A DNA stretch of 60,672 bases, the filler included, from Dirinaria sp. TL-2023a (Eukaryota): NCBI GenBank assembly GCA_051941275.1. It is 6 parts of 6 records of this genome, joined end to end, with 100 filler letters (N's around TTAATTAATTAA, not from the genome) between each part and the next. Parts side by side here need not be neighbours in the genome. Positions count along the whole stretch, not along the records: positions 10,150 to 20,188 come from JAVEBF010000983.1; positions 20,289 to 30,326 come from JAVEBF010000984.1; 4 more parts are not named here. The stretch is one strand, 5' to 3'. Of the stretch, positions 10,407 to 21,856 are shown piece by piece. The position numbers and the translations under genes are program-made. Under the pieces are notes generated by a model. It ran no database searches. It was not told the DNA's origin and saw only the letters and a list, made by a program, of their open reading frames with translations. Within the stretch, counting starts at the first letter, position 1, and each line of letters begins with the position of its first letter.

Positions 10407-12500
10407 TTAGATGCCGGAGTCGTCCTGGAATTCAATGGTCGCAGTATCGTTCCAGAGATTTGCAACATTCCCAACCCACTCGTCCCATTCGCGGCAGGTT
10501 TCATCCATCTTCAGCTGGTTCTCCCGAGAGATGTCCATCTTATCCTTATTCTCCAGAATCTGGAATGCGAGACCGCTAGATGCGTGCCACGCGATATGGC
10601 AGTGCAGCAGCCACGGACCGGGGTTGTCGGCTTTGAAGGCGATGACGATATACCCCCCTTTAGGGAGCAGAACGACGTCCCGCCGAGGCGGATTTTCGGT
10701 TTTCAATTTGTCCTTGATCTGCTCCAAGCTGCCGGGATACGGGTCGTGTTCTTGGGCAAGGAGGGCGAAGTCGTGCCCGTGAAGATGCATAGGATGGCCT
10801 CCTGGCTGAAACCCTCCACCCTTCTTTACGCCCTTAGCTAGGGTGATTACGAGATAGATCCAGGAGTCCTCGGTATGATTTAGGGTTACAACATCGAGGT
10901 AACTCGGATAAACTCCACCAGCTGGATCAAGGTTGCGGATTGTTGGTTCACTGAAGTTCAGCCATAATGGATCTTGATAAGCGGTCCAGTGGTTTTGATC
11001 GGGTGGATGGTACGGCTTGCCCTTGGTCGGAACGAGATGCACATGGTAGGAACCGTTCGCCGCTAAAAGCAATCAGCTAAATGCCATAACGCCTCTTAAG
11101 AAAGACTCACCCTCCTCATTTACTGGAGGTCCCACCGTCCAATGAAGCTTTGGGATCAAGCTAGTATAAGGCTCGTCCGAACAAGCCGTTGGAAAGTCGT
11201 TTGGAGAGGAGGTTGGGTCGTCAGTGCTCTTCGGCTCGTACCGTATAATGCCCGTTCTATTGTCCGGCGGTGTCCCAAAAGTACTACAGCCTTTTGCTGG
11301 AATTGTGCGCATCCAATAATTGCCATCTGATGATTCTGCGACTGGATTTGCTTCCACGATGACGTGGTAACGCTGACCTAGCGAGGCACTGTTAGCGATA
11401 AATCATATCGTTTGGCCACTCAATGACTAACCGATTGCAACAAGCACGGAACTCGTATTGTAGGGTTCGATCGGCACAAAGTCAGCTCCAATGACAGTGA
11501 CATTGTGGCCATCAATGGAGAAAACAAATGTTGTGTCCAATGATGTGTTTATGAGTCGTAGCAAATAACGTCTCCCTCTTTTGAAGACCTTGCTATATCG
11601 TTCAGGCTGCCCAATAGGAAGCTTCGGGTGCTTTGGATCCGTGTCATTGTATCTGCCTTTGCCGTTCAGCAAGATGTTCGTCATGAGTGGAGGAGTTCTC
11701 GTGTGTGCCCAAGCCCAATCCTCAAAGGCACTTCGATGATTCCAATCAGTCATCAGAATAGGCTCTATTGCGTCGTCGTAATTTGCTGATGAAGGTCCAT
11801 AAATGGTTATAGGCCCAGCTAAGCCGTCGGCATATTGTAGAGAATAGTGGCTATGATACCAAGATGACCCGTATTGTAACGCTTGGAACTTATAGGTAAA
11901 GTTCTTGCCAGGGGCAATTGGGCATTGGGTGACCCCATTGACACCATCCATTTCAACAGTGTTCCATTGTCGCAGACCATGCCAATGAATAGTGGTGCCA
12001 TTGTACCAGAGATTGTTGCGCACAGTAATCTCAATCTCGTCTCCCCAACAGGCCTGGATCCAAGGTCCGGGATAGGAGCCATTAAAGACCTTTCCATGTG
12101 GCATGCAGACGCCATCTGGGGCCAATGCCATTTCAGAGACATCGAGAACATACTTGCGTTTGATGCCGGTCGGCCAGTAATGTTCGTAATCGGTATCAAT
12201 GCTGAAACTTTTGCCTTCAGGCCCTTGAAGCCAGCAGCCACGATCATCCTTGTCATTGCAGTCTTTCCAGCCCTTCATGGCAGAGTAGTCGCACTTGATG
12301 GCGACATCAGGTGGGGGAGAGTCCTCTGGAGGATAAGGCGGGGTAAAAACTGGGCCCTTCTTGGGTAGGTGGATCTCTTCAGACACGGAATCTTGCGTGT
12401 GCAGTTGCTGCTGAGGTATTGGATCGAGACTGAATGAAGGCGAAGCCACAACATCGAGAAAAGAAACCAAACAATTGAGCCAAGATTCTAGCAAACGCAT
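10407..12500 (-). CDS. Laccase / multicopper oxidase (ascomycete type), 3 exons
   Basis: Copper-binding motifs TTIHWHG, WYHSH, HPMHLHGH and HCHIAWHASSGL; C-terminal DSGI plug typical of ascomycete laccases. GT-AG introns at 11431-11378 and 11110-11063. Confidence 0.95.
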
Positions 12501-13863
12501 ACTGAGAAAAGCTCAAGAGATTGTAGGGTCAAGCTATGATTACCAATAGTTCGGAGCTGAGCAGGCATCTCGAAGGGAGCTCAGGCAGGATCCAAGCTAT
12601 ATATTCTCTTAAATGGGGCTCATGGTGCAAGAGACGAACCTAGTAGTAATTGCTACAGCAAAGACTGCTTTCATACAACATCCTATTGGATAGAAGGATC
12701 GAACTTGCCTGTGTCACACTGTAAGGTTGGCAGAGCGAACGTGTCGTCCATTGTGGGTGTCCCTGTGACCCGATCTGGGCATACGCGTTGCTGATCTCTC
12801 TGTCATTCCGTAGAAATTATCTAGGTTCGGCAAATCAAAGGGCTTCATGAGCTCAAGATAGCCGAAAGATGACCCCTTTCGCAGTTCAGGCACGCCTCTT
12901 TCAGGAAGGAAGAGATTCTCACAGCTATCCCGCTCGATCACTCAGAAAGCAATGCGAGAGCGAAGGTCCAGCTCTGCCGATCAAAACCCTAGCAACGTAG
13001 CACAGACAGATTTGTGGCTGGCTGAAGATGATGAAAGAACACCTGAATGCGGTATTGGAATATGCTGATGTAATCGGAAATATGCAAAGACGAGATAGGG
13101 ATATGCCCAAAAGAAAGACGCATTGGCCAATTTTACTGTTACAGTAGAGGACGGAGAGTCGTGTACTTTACCTGATCAAATACAAGGATTAGATGACGAG
13201 GGTACGGAGTATCCACCAGTAGACTCGCACGAGTCCACTTGACAGCTGCAGCCAGCCAGCCACCACCAAGGATCAGATCTTCCTCAAAGTGAGCCAGAGA
13301 AAGTGGCTTCACAGGGTGAAAGCTGAAGAATTGAAACTCTCCAGTCGAATCATTTCAAATTAGCGAGCATTACTGAATACTGGCCCGCTTTCCGCGAAAG
13401 CTTGGCATGGCGTGCTGTGACGTGAGGGAGGCTCTTGGCCTGCCTCACCGAGTACATACAAACGCTTAGGTAAGCATGCCGGGTCTAAGATTCAGCTACT
13501 CCGTACGGAGAAGAAAACGGCCCGAGGGGTCCGTCCCATTTGAGCATGGAGGCATGCTACGATCTGAACGCGAGGCTATCGCAGGATACAAATGACCTCC
13601 AAGGCAGGCATCGAAAGCTTAAGAATGAAGGTAGCATCTAGGAAAACACAAGCCGAAGCTCCACTCGGCAAAGAATGATGCCTTGAAGTCGCAAAATACG
13701 CCAAAATGAGTTCATCCTTCCAAAACGAACTACGAATATCGCTGGAAATTTTAGCGCTACGTAACGCGATGTGCTTCTTCATCATTCGATCATGTCCTTA
13801 CTAAAGGACAAGAATGCGTGTGGCCTCATGCTATGAATGCAAGCGTTTGGTGGCAAGGCCGCG

Positions 13864-16800
13864 ATGGTAGGTGCCGGTTGCTGCATGACTCGCTTCTGAG
13901 TCTCACTCTCTAGGCTACCTCCAATACTCTGGAGACTACTGCTAAACGATTCGGACTCACCGAAGTCAGCCCTCGCAATAGCAATAGCAACTGTGTCGAC
14001 ATCGTCTTCGTTCATGGCCTGCACGGCCACCCTTATCACACCTGGAAGAGTAAGGAGAATAAGATCTTTTGGCCAGCTGAATTATTGCCTTCCGTGATAG
14101 AGCAGGAGAATGCAAGGATATTACTTTATGGGTACGACGCCGATATAGCCTCATTCACAGATGGCGCATCAAAAGATAAGATACACAATCATGCCGAACA
14201 ACTGGTTGCCGTCTTGTATGCAGATCGGCGAAAACGTGACGCAAATGAGCATCCCATCATCTTTGTCGCTCATTCTTTGGGAGGTCTTATAGTCAAACGC
14301 GCTTTGATTCACTCACGGGAGGTTAGTGGCAATCACACGATCCATCTACGATCCATCTATATTTCGACGTATGGAATACTGTTCCTTGGAACACCACACA
14401 AGGGTTCCGATGTTTCCAAATGGTGCTCTCGATTAGAAGATATCTGTGGCGCTACACTTCCGAGTTCGTCGATCAATACTCAACAATACCCTATAAGCGT
14501 ATTGAAAGCCAACAATGAGACACTTCAGAACATCGACCGTCAATTTGCTCAACTGAGTGACAGATATCATATTTTTTACTTCCACGAAGGGAAACCTACC
14601 AATATTGACGGAAGTTGGCAGTACATTGTTGACGAAGAATCCGCGTCCCCTAATACTGCGGATGTAGAACGTGCAACTATCCAGCAGCCTCATGCTCATA
14701 TGTGTCAATTTGAAAGCAAAAGTGCTCCTGGATTCGATCTGGTGGCGGAAGCAATAGGCCGTTATGCCGTCGAAGCGCTGGAACTGATTAGCTCCCGCTG
14801 GAAAAATGAGCACTCCGAACGACGTCGTGGGCAACATATTCAAGCCGAAGAGCTGCTCCGTGGTACAGTCCACGATATGTTCCAGGAGTCAAGCAACTTA
14901 GATGATCAAGCTATTAACTATAAGAAATCCAGCATTCTGATACCGTCCTACAGCGATACTCGTTCAGAGTCGCAGCCGAAGCGCCATTATATCGTGGAAC
15001 GACAGCGGGTCAAAGACTTTCTTGGACGTGAAGATGAACTTCGAAAGATCTTATTGCACTTCTCAACCGGTTCCACGCAACAGCCCAATGTCTTGGTTTT
15101 GTATGCACTTGGTGGCCAGGGAAAGAGCCAGATCGCACTCGAGTATTGTCAGCGTTGGCGTGAGCAGTACCGTGGCATCTTCTGGGTTAACGCTAGCTCG
15201 GAGGAATTGGCGTTGGAGTCGTATGCCCAGATCGCCAGGGCCTTAAAAAACGACCCTTCTGCGAAATTTGGAGAAGAGACGAATTGATTAGGCTAGTCAA
15301 AGATGATTTGGAGCACTGGAGCGAAAATTGGTTGTTAGTCTTCGATAACTACGACAATCCTGATCAATTTAAAGTGCATAGGTTCCTTCCCAGAAGTAAG
15401 TGTTATGCTATTGGTTGAATCCAGTCAAATAGCTTGTGCGCGTTGTATCAAATGTACTAACCCGACTTCTAGGCCAGCACGGCCATGTAGTTATCACCAG
15501 TCGCCGTAGGGACTTAGGTCGACTAGGCTTTTTGGTGGAGGTTCCCCCAATGGACTCTGAGGAGGGCGTTGGGCTCCTATTACGTGGACACGAGAGCCAG
15601 GACATTCGGGATAATTTTGACACCGCATTGAAGATTGTCCATCGACTCGGCGGTCTAGCATTAGCGATCGATCAGGCCGCAGCATACATTGGTTACAGAC
15701 GCATAGCACTGGATGCATTGGACGAATTTTTGACAGAGTATGATCTACAAAGAAAAAGGATTCTCTCGTATACTCCGGCTCCTTTCTGGGAATACTGTAA
15801 AGTGCCGATTCATCTAGGAGAAGATCGGGATCAAGCCATCAACGCCTTCACAACATGGGAAATGTCGCTCGAACAACTCAATAACGATAAATCCATTGAT
15901 ATGAACAAGGTGACTCGGTTCTTGAGTGTTTCTGCATTTTTTAATCCTACTGGAGTTGAAGAGTGGCTTTTCCGAAACCGCTGGGAAACCGATCAGACGC
16001 AATGGCTAGGCGATTTGGGCGCGACGGACAACGGCGCGAATCATGAAAATTGTTCTGATATGAGTAATGAGCGCACTCGGGACGCAAGGTCAGGATCAGA
16101 TAGGTACGGGAAGAATTATGAGATGACAAGCACAAAACTAGAAAGAAAACTGAATCGGCCGCTCTCTCCGCATTTGAAACTTAAAGGGAAACGGCGTAGC
16201 AAGAATCATAGCCGAGACGGCGATGGCAACAGACCTTCCACCCATTCGTTGGACCGCAAATGGGATTCGATGCATTTCTTGGATATAATTGACAAATTGC
16301 ACAGATTGTCCTTGGTGCAAGATGTTAAAAGGATCGGCCAAGGCGCCTTTTTTTCGCTCCATCCACTGATTCAAGATTGGCTACAACTTCGAGAACAAGC
16401 AAAGTCCCGCCGAGTTCACATAAGGGAGAGTTTAGAGATTGTGGCTTGCAGCGCAAGACTTTACTGCGAGCCCCATCCCACTGGTCTCGATCGAAGAATT
16501 GCGCTTTTGGCCCACATTGATGCATGCCTATCAAATGATGAGCGGCTATCCGAGCCCCAGTATCAAATCGGTAACGAAATAGAAAGTTGCGGTGGCGCCG
16601 ACGAGCTAGTAGAGTTTTATTGTCAGTTTAGTCGTTTTGAGGCGGCAACTATACTCAATAGTAGAAGTCTTAAGACACGAGAAGAAATCTTCGGAGAGAA
16701 ACATCCGGACACGCTATGGACCGCGCATAATCAAGCTGCAATTTTGATGAGCCGCTTCAAGTACCACGAATGTGAGGAGATGCTTCGCCAAACAATGCAA

Positions 16801-17469
16801 TTGGCAGAGAATGGACTTGGAAAGGAGCACCCCTTTACGCTAACGAGCAGGACGTTCTTGGCTGTGATGCTGGGGGCTCAAGGCAAGTACGACAAAGCTG
16901 AGCCAATAATTCGTCAAACCCTGCAACTGCAAGAGAAGGCACTGGGAAAGGAGCATTTAGATACAATACTAAGCATGAGCAACCTAGCGTCGATTCTCGT
17001 AATGCAGAAAAATAATGATGAGGCCGAGAAGCTATTCCATCAAGCATTACAATCAATTCAGAAAACGATGGGAACGGAGCATCGAGATACGCTGAATATC
17101 ATGGATCATTCAAGCAAGATTCTGCTAGCGCAAGACAAATACAATAAAACCGAGATGTTGTTTCGTCAGACTTTGACATTGAGGCAGAAAGTATTGGGAA
17201 GAGAGCATGAAGATACATTGGGGACTATGATAATGCTTGCATCCGTGCTGAAAAATCAAAGGAAGTATGATGAGGCCGAGGTGATATTTCGTCAGACTTT
17301 AACAATGAGGCAGAAAGTGCTGGGAAGAGAGCATGAAGATACGCTGAAAAGTATGAAGAGGCTTGCAATGATTCTGAAAACACAGGGCAAACATGACGAG
17401 GCCGATGAGATGGACCGCGGCAGGCTGGAACTTGAGAACGCAAGACGCACAAAAACTCAAGATGCATAG
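13864..17469 (+). CDS. Fungal NLR-like protein: SesB-like alpha/beta-hydrolase effector + NB-ARC + TPR repeats; frame break at ~15277 (possible pseudogene)
   Basis: ATG 13864, intron 13867-13913, then VDIVFVHGLHG and IFVAHSLGGLIVKRAL (hydrolase). Walker A ALGGQGKS; Walker B WLLVFDNYDNP lies in a different frame. Intron 15396-15472, then GHVVITSR, GGLALAIDQA, LHPLIQDW and ~6 x 42-aa TPRs (LGxEHxDTL). Confidence 0.9.
17161..17346 (+). repeat. Near-identical 126-bp-period TPR-coding repeats
   Basis: tttcgtcagactttgacattgaggcagaaagtattgggaagagagcatgaagataca at 17161 recurs with few substitutions at 17287 (period 126 nt = 42 aa). Confidence 0.9.
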
Positions 17470-19205
17470 CTATTCCAACTTGTCTAGAGAATCAAATGCT
17501 TTAAAAATTCGAAGGTGAGACGAGAAAGTGAGTAGAAGATCTCTCCTCGTTTTCTCATGCTAAGCGATTACTCAGAGCATCAGATAATATACCCTCAAAA
17601 GATTGGTACAAACGCTCAGCGCCATTGCGACACGAGATACATGATCAAGTTTGGGCAATGTAGTATTCATCTCTTGCTTCACCACACAGCTCTATGCCAA
17701 GTACCTGGCTGCACTGAATTTACATGGCTCTTGCTCGATAACAGTGCCTTTCACGAGAAGTCGACACCCATCAAGCTTGAATTGATCCTACGATCTCAGG
17801 AAGGGTGCTGTACGGGATAGGTCCTTGTTAGGCCATCAGTCTCGCCGATGCAATGCTGGCCAAGAGCCGATTAAATATCCTTATGTACTCGACGATAGAG
17901 GTCTCCTGCCTGAAGCTTCGAGCGCGTATGAATCGTTACTAGCGCATTCATGCTGTGCTCCCTGCGAAAGAGGATATCGAAGTTTTATACAGTCAACCTT
18001 ACTTCTCCGTGACTCTGCTCGTATTTGAGCCCTTGCAGTGGGTACGTCCAAACTTATGATTTAATTTAGTTCCGCCAAGTGATTCTGTCAGCCGCATACA
18101 TAGATTTGGTGGAACACCCAGGGTGGCAATTGATGTTCGACAACGGAGCCTATAAGATGTTTTATTCTATGCGATGGCAAGCACGACAGCACACAGACGC
18201 TCGATGCAGCCTTCAATTCTGGGAGCCTAATTTTCCTAGCAGCCTTCCTTCAATACCCACTCCTTTTCCAGACATAGTCCGGGGATCTATATACCGCAGC
18301 TACTCAGTGCCTGCTAGATTGACATTCTGGACTTGTAGCAGTAGCTCGAGTATAGCAGACTTCTATCTTGTTGAGATTCGCACTGGACGTCAAATCAGAT
18401 TTCGCCCATCAAGACAGTACGAAAGGGACAGAGGAGCCTAAAAAGCCAAAGAGCTCGGACCCTAATGCTGGTACCTACATCACATCGTTTCTTCCCACGA
18501 ACGGCAAAATCCATCGAGCAATAAGACCAATGTGATCAGGCATCCCGGAGAAGGAGAGAAAGGGGGAAAGTATGATTATTCGACGCAAAGCCGAGCTATA
18601 GGATATATACTTATCAAAAACTTTTGTTTCTTAGGATACATGATCCGAGACTTTAAGGAGGAGAGTCTAACAATCACGTCAATATATTTTGAATATATAC
18701 AAAGCTAGTCATGACAATCCCCAAAACACATCGCAACCATGAAGAGCATCTGCCACGCTTGGAAGAGGAATTTGAGCATTGAGGGAGGTTTGAGCATCCG
18801 GTATGTTACGTAGAGACAAATCCTCCCACTCAAACTCCGAAATCGAAGTAGAAGACGTTTCAAGGACTCTTAAGGCTGTCTGACAGAAATCATAACAATG
18901 CCTAAATAACATATCTGAGCAGCACCATCGTTTCGTCCTTATTCTACCCTTTACAAAAAACCAAGAACCACACCCACACGCCCACCCACCCCCTTGTACT
19001 CTTAGAGAATACTCTTCAACAGAATTAGACATCCCATCCTATCCCGTTCCCCCAATTCTCGCCAAGCACCAACTTCCCGAAACCAAACCACAAACCCCTG
19101 ATACTTCGCCTTCTCCCTCGCAGCCAAGAAACCTGAAAAAGGACAAGATTGCGCATCCCGAATATCTTAACCGTACAGATATCAGCTTCCATGAATAATA
19201 TGGAG

Positions 19206-19687
19206 TTGGCGTGTGCATGTGTGTTGCGAAACCTTGACATTCAAAATTCTTTCTCTCCACTACATATGTATTGATCACTACTTATTATCGTCTATCAATG
19301 TCTTCCTTTTTAACTCGATGCTTCAGGATCAAAATTGCACAAAATCCATCTTTTTCTATCGTCTTTTAACACTCAACGATCTGTCGATTTGACAGTGGCA
19401 CTTTCATAAAGAGTCGGTTCATCGACAGTTCGTGAAAACTTTATTGTGCTAAAATCCCGTTCTTTCGCTAGCTAGCTCTAGAGACGAGCGACTACATTGG
19501 ATCCTGAGACAGCAAAAGATCGAAGATGATTTATTTGATAGATGAAAAATATTGTTGACACTGAACGAGAGTGATGTGATGGCAGTGAAATTTCTCAGAA
19601 AGATAAAAGAGAAAAAAAAAAAGATACCTTGTAGACTGCGTAGAATTTCGAGATGTCAAGGTTTCGCAACACACATGCACACGCCAA
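19206..19687. mobile_element. Non-autonomous foldback / MITE-like element (482 bp) with perfect 35-bp terminal inverted repeats
   Basis: ttggcgtgtgcatgtgtgttgcgaaaccttgacat (19206-19240) is the exact reverse complement of 19653-19687. AT-rich non-coding interior; no clear target-site duplication. Confidence 0.7.
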
Positions 19688-20188
19688 ATGTAAAACAAAT
19701 TGCATCGGGAGCATTGTTCACTCCCTTTAATTTTTTTATTTTTATTTTTTGGCAAAACCAGGAATATCTAAAGTATCTTGGTTGAAAAACACCAGGCCAA
19801 TAAAATCTGCTTCAGCTTGTCGATGCTGCAATATCTACTCCCTGCTCTTCCCTGGCCTTCGAAGAACTCGCACTTAATCACTAACAAATTCATACCTCAC
19901 GGCACGGCGCTGAACGCTCGACCAGAGGACATGGCTCTCCTTGCTGTGTAGAGTGACATAGAATTTCAGATCCCTGGACTCGAGCGAACTGTCGTCGTTA
20001 AAGCCTTGCATCCTCAAAGCGTGCAGGTGTATGAGCATCGAGGAAATCTTGTGGAATACCTATTGAATCGCTAATTGATCCTTTAACTCCACGAATTTGC
20101 ACTTTCGGATGTAGCTAGCATTTATCATTGCAACCGAGGGAACCCTAACGAGGATGTGGATAAGGAAAGAATAAGCGCATCGTAAAAC

Positions 20189-20288
20189 NNNNNNNNNNNN
20201 NNNNNNNNNNNNNNNNNNNNNNNNNNNNNNNNTTAATTAATTAANNNNNNNNNNNNNNNNNNNNNNNNNNNNNNNNNNNNNNNNNNNN
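20189..20288. other. Artificial contig-joining spacer
   Basis: N44-TTAATTAATTAA-N44. Confidence 0.98.
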
Positions 20289-20721
20289 GCCACGCGGATG
20301 CCAAACCCGAGCCCAGAACCCAGACTCCCAGACCCAGACTCCCCGACCCAGACCCCTTGCCTTATGGCACATGACGACGTGCAGGATGCTGGACACCACC
20401 TGTTTGGCTCGGTATCGGCGGTGGGGCGAGCGAGGCCTTCCTGGCCAGGCGGCCGGCCTCTTTCTTCCCGCTTGACTTCTTCCTCTTGAGCGATGGTGGC
20501 GTGCGCGCAGGCTTCAAAGGCGTCGAAACCGTCAATCTCCAGGACGAAGCGGACCTATAGCTTTTTTTTTTTTAACGATCAGTAAAATGGTGGAGGGTAT
20601 GGTCTAGGGAGAGGTTTTTTTATCAAGGTGAGAGATAGTTCTGGGTGCATCGGATTTGAGAGGGGGGTTTTCTTACCGAGGAGGCAATGGAGGAGGGACG
20701 TTCACTTGATTTCATGGACAT
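20289..20721 (-). CDS. Possible 5' end of a gene truncated by the contig edge
   Basis: ATG at 20721, GTAAGA donor after 45 nt, TAG acceptor near 20555, then GC-rich open sequence to the contig end. No recognisable domain, and the frame is uncertain. Confidence 0.25.
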
Positions 20722-21856
20722 TGTGGATGAAGTAGCGGCTATCCTGATTAATGGTGATGCTGATGGATTTGATGGCAGTGGTGATGTGGTGGTTCTTAAG
20801 AGTATAGTTGGTTGGATTGGATCGATTTGATGTAGTGATGATGTTTATGCACGTCGCGATGCGAGAATGGAGGAAAGTGATATCATGGTAAAAAAAAATG
20901 GAGGTGAGGGGGGAGTATACTTGTATATACAGGTCTGAAGAGGTAGTGAGCGACGTTGAGAGAAATGAGGGAATTGATGTTGGACCGGGAAAAGCCGAAG
21001 AGAGTATTTTTTCCTATTTTGGAAAGAACATTTTGAGCACATGACTATGTGCAAAGCACGTTGAGCGCCACTAGTTGCCGCAGATGTGGTATTTTGTTGG
21101 AAAGCATGAACCGGCTTTGGCGGCAGACAACCAAGAGAAGTAATTCTTTTGGACTGGACTTTTGCCTTTGGGTTGGGTATCTCAGACACTTTCACCATGT
21201 TTGAGGCTTGCTACCATGCCCATGCCTTCCTATCGCCAGGAATGTAGCTTGGAAACGGAGATTCGTTGAGCTTTAAGGTAATATATTATAGCAATGAAGT
21301 ATCAGTGTTGAGCGCAAATATCAATTGAGGAGGTTTAGAGAGATACTCTGCCTTACATTGGGAAGTAGAGGTGGTAGTACGAGCTGAAAACCTTGTTAGG
21401 CACTGGGGGAGGTGTTGAGCACTAAGATAGTGATATTTTTCTTGTCAGCAGTTTCTGCTGTTAGCTAAACCACTTTGACGTTATCGGTACTGTGCGAAAA
21501 ATCTTAGAACCAGTGCTGCCGAACTCGGATCAGAGACCAATAAAGTAAGCCAGCCAGCTGAGTCTTCCATATGTACGCTTCGGCGCGGACTTTTGGAACA
21601 AGGCCAGGCTCTGCATGTTGGTCGGTCGATCTACTGTGTCACCATAGTAGTCGCAAAGAATGAGATGTGTGTTCGGCTAGCTATCATGTCCGAGTAAACT
21701 GAATTCACTTACAGTTATCGTCTGATGTTTTCACGGTTTGTTTGGGAGGTAAAATTAGCAAGCTATGATCGTTTGAGTAAGCAAAAGCCGACTAGAATTG
21801 AACATAGCTCCGGCAAAATGCTGGACTGCAAGCAAAAGGTTTTGAGCGGGTATCTC

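Noticed and set aside
14800..15000. Amyloid signalling motif (HET-s/sigma/PP type) in the NLR linker or N-terminus
   Set aside because: No G/N/Q-rich pseudo-repeat is seen; the effector is fused in cis.
18079..18441. HPGWQLMFDNGA as the Walker B of a third NLR relic
   Set aside because: A single short resemblance with no supporting collinear motifs.
20135..20152. AACCCTAAC as a telomerase RNA template or telomeric seed
   Set aside because: An isolated 9-mer near a contig end with no supporting structure or tandem copies.
1..20188. Contigs 1-2 as one giant mobile element (Starship-like) carrying NLRs and a laccase
   Set aside because: The contigs are unlinked, and no tyrosine-recombinase captain or element boundary is visible.
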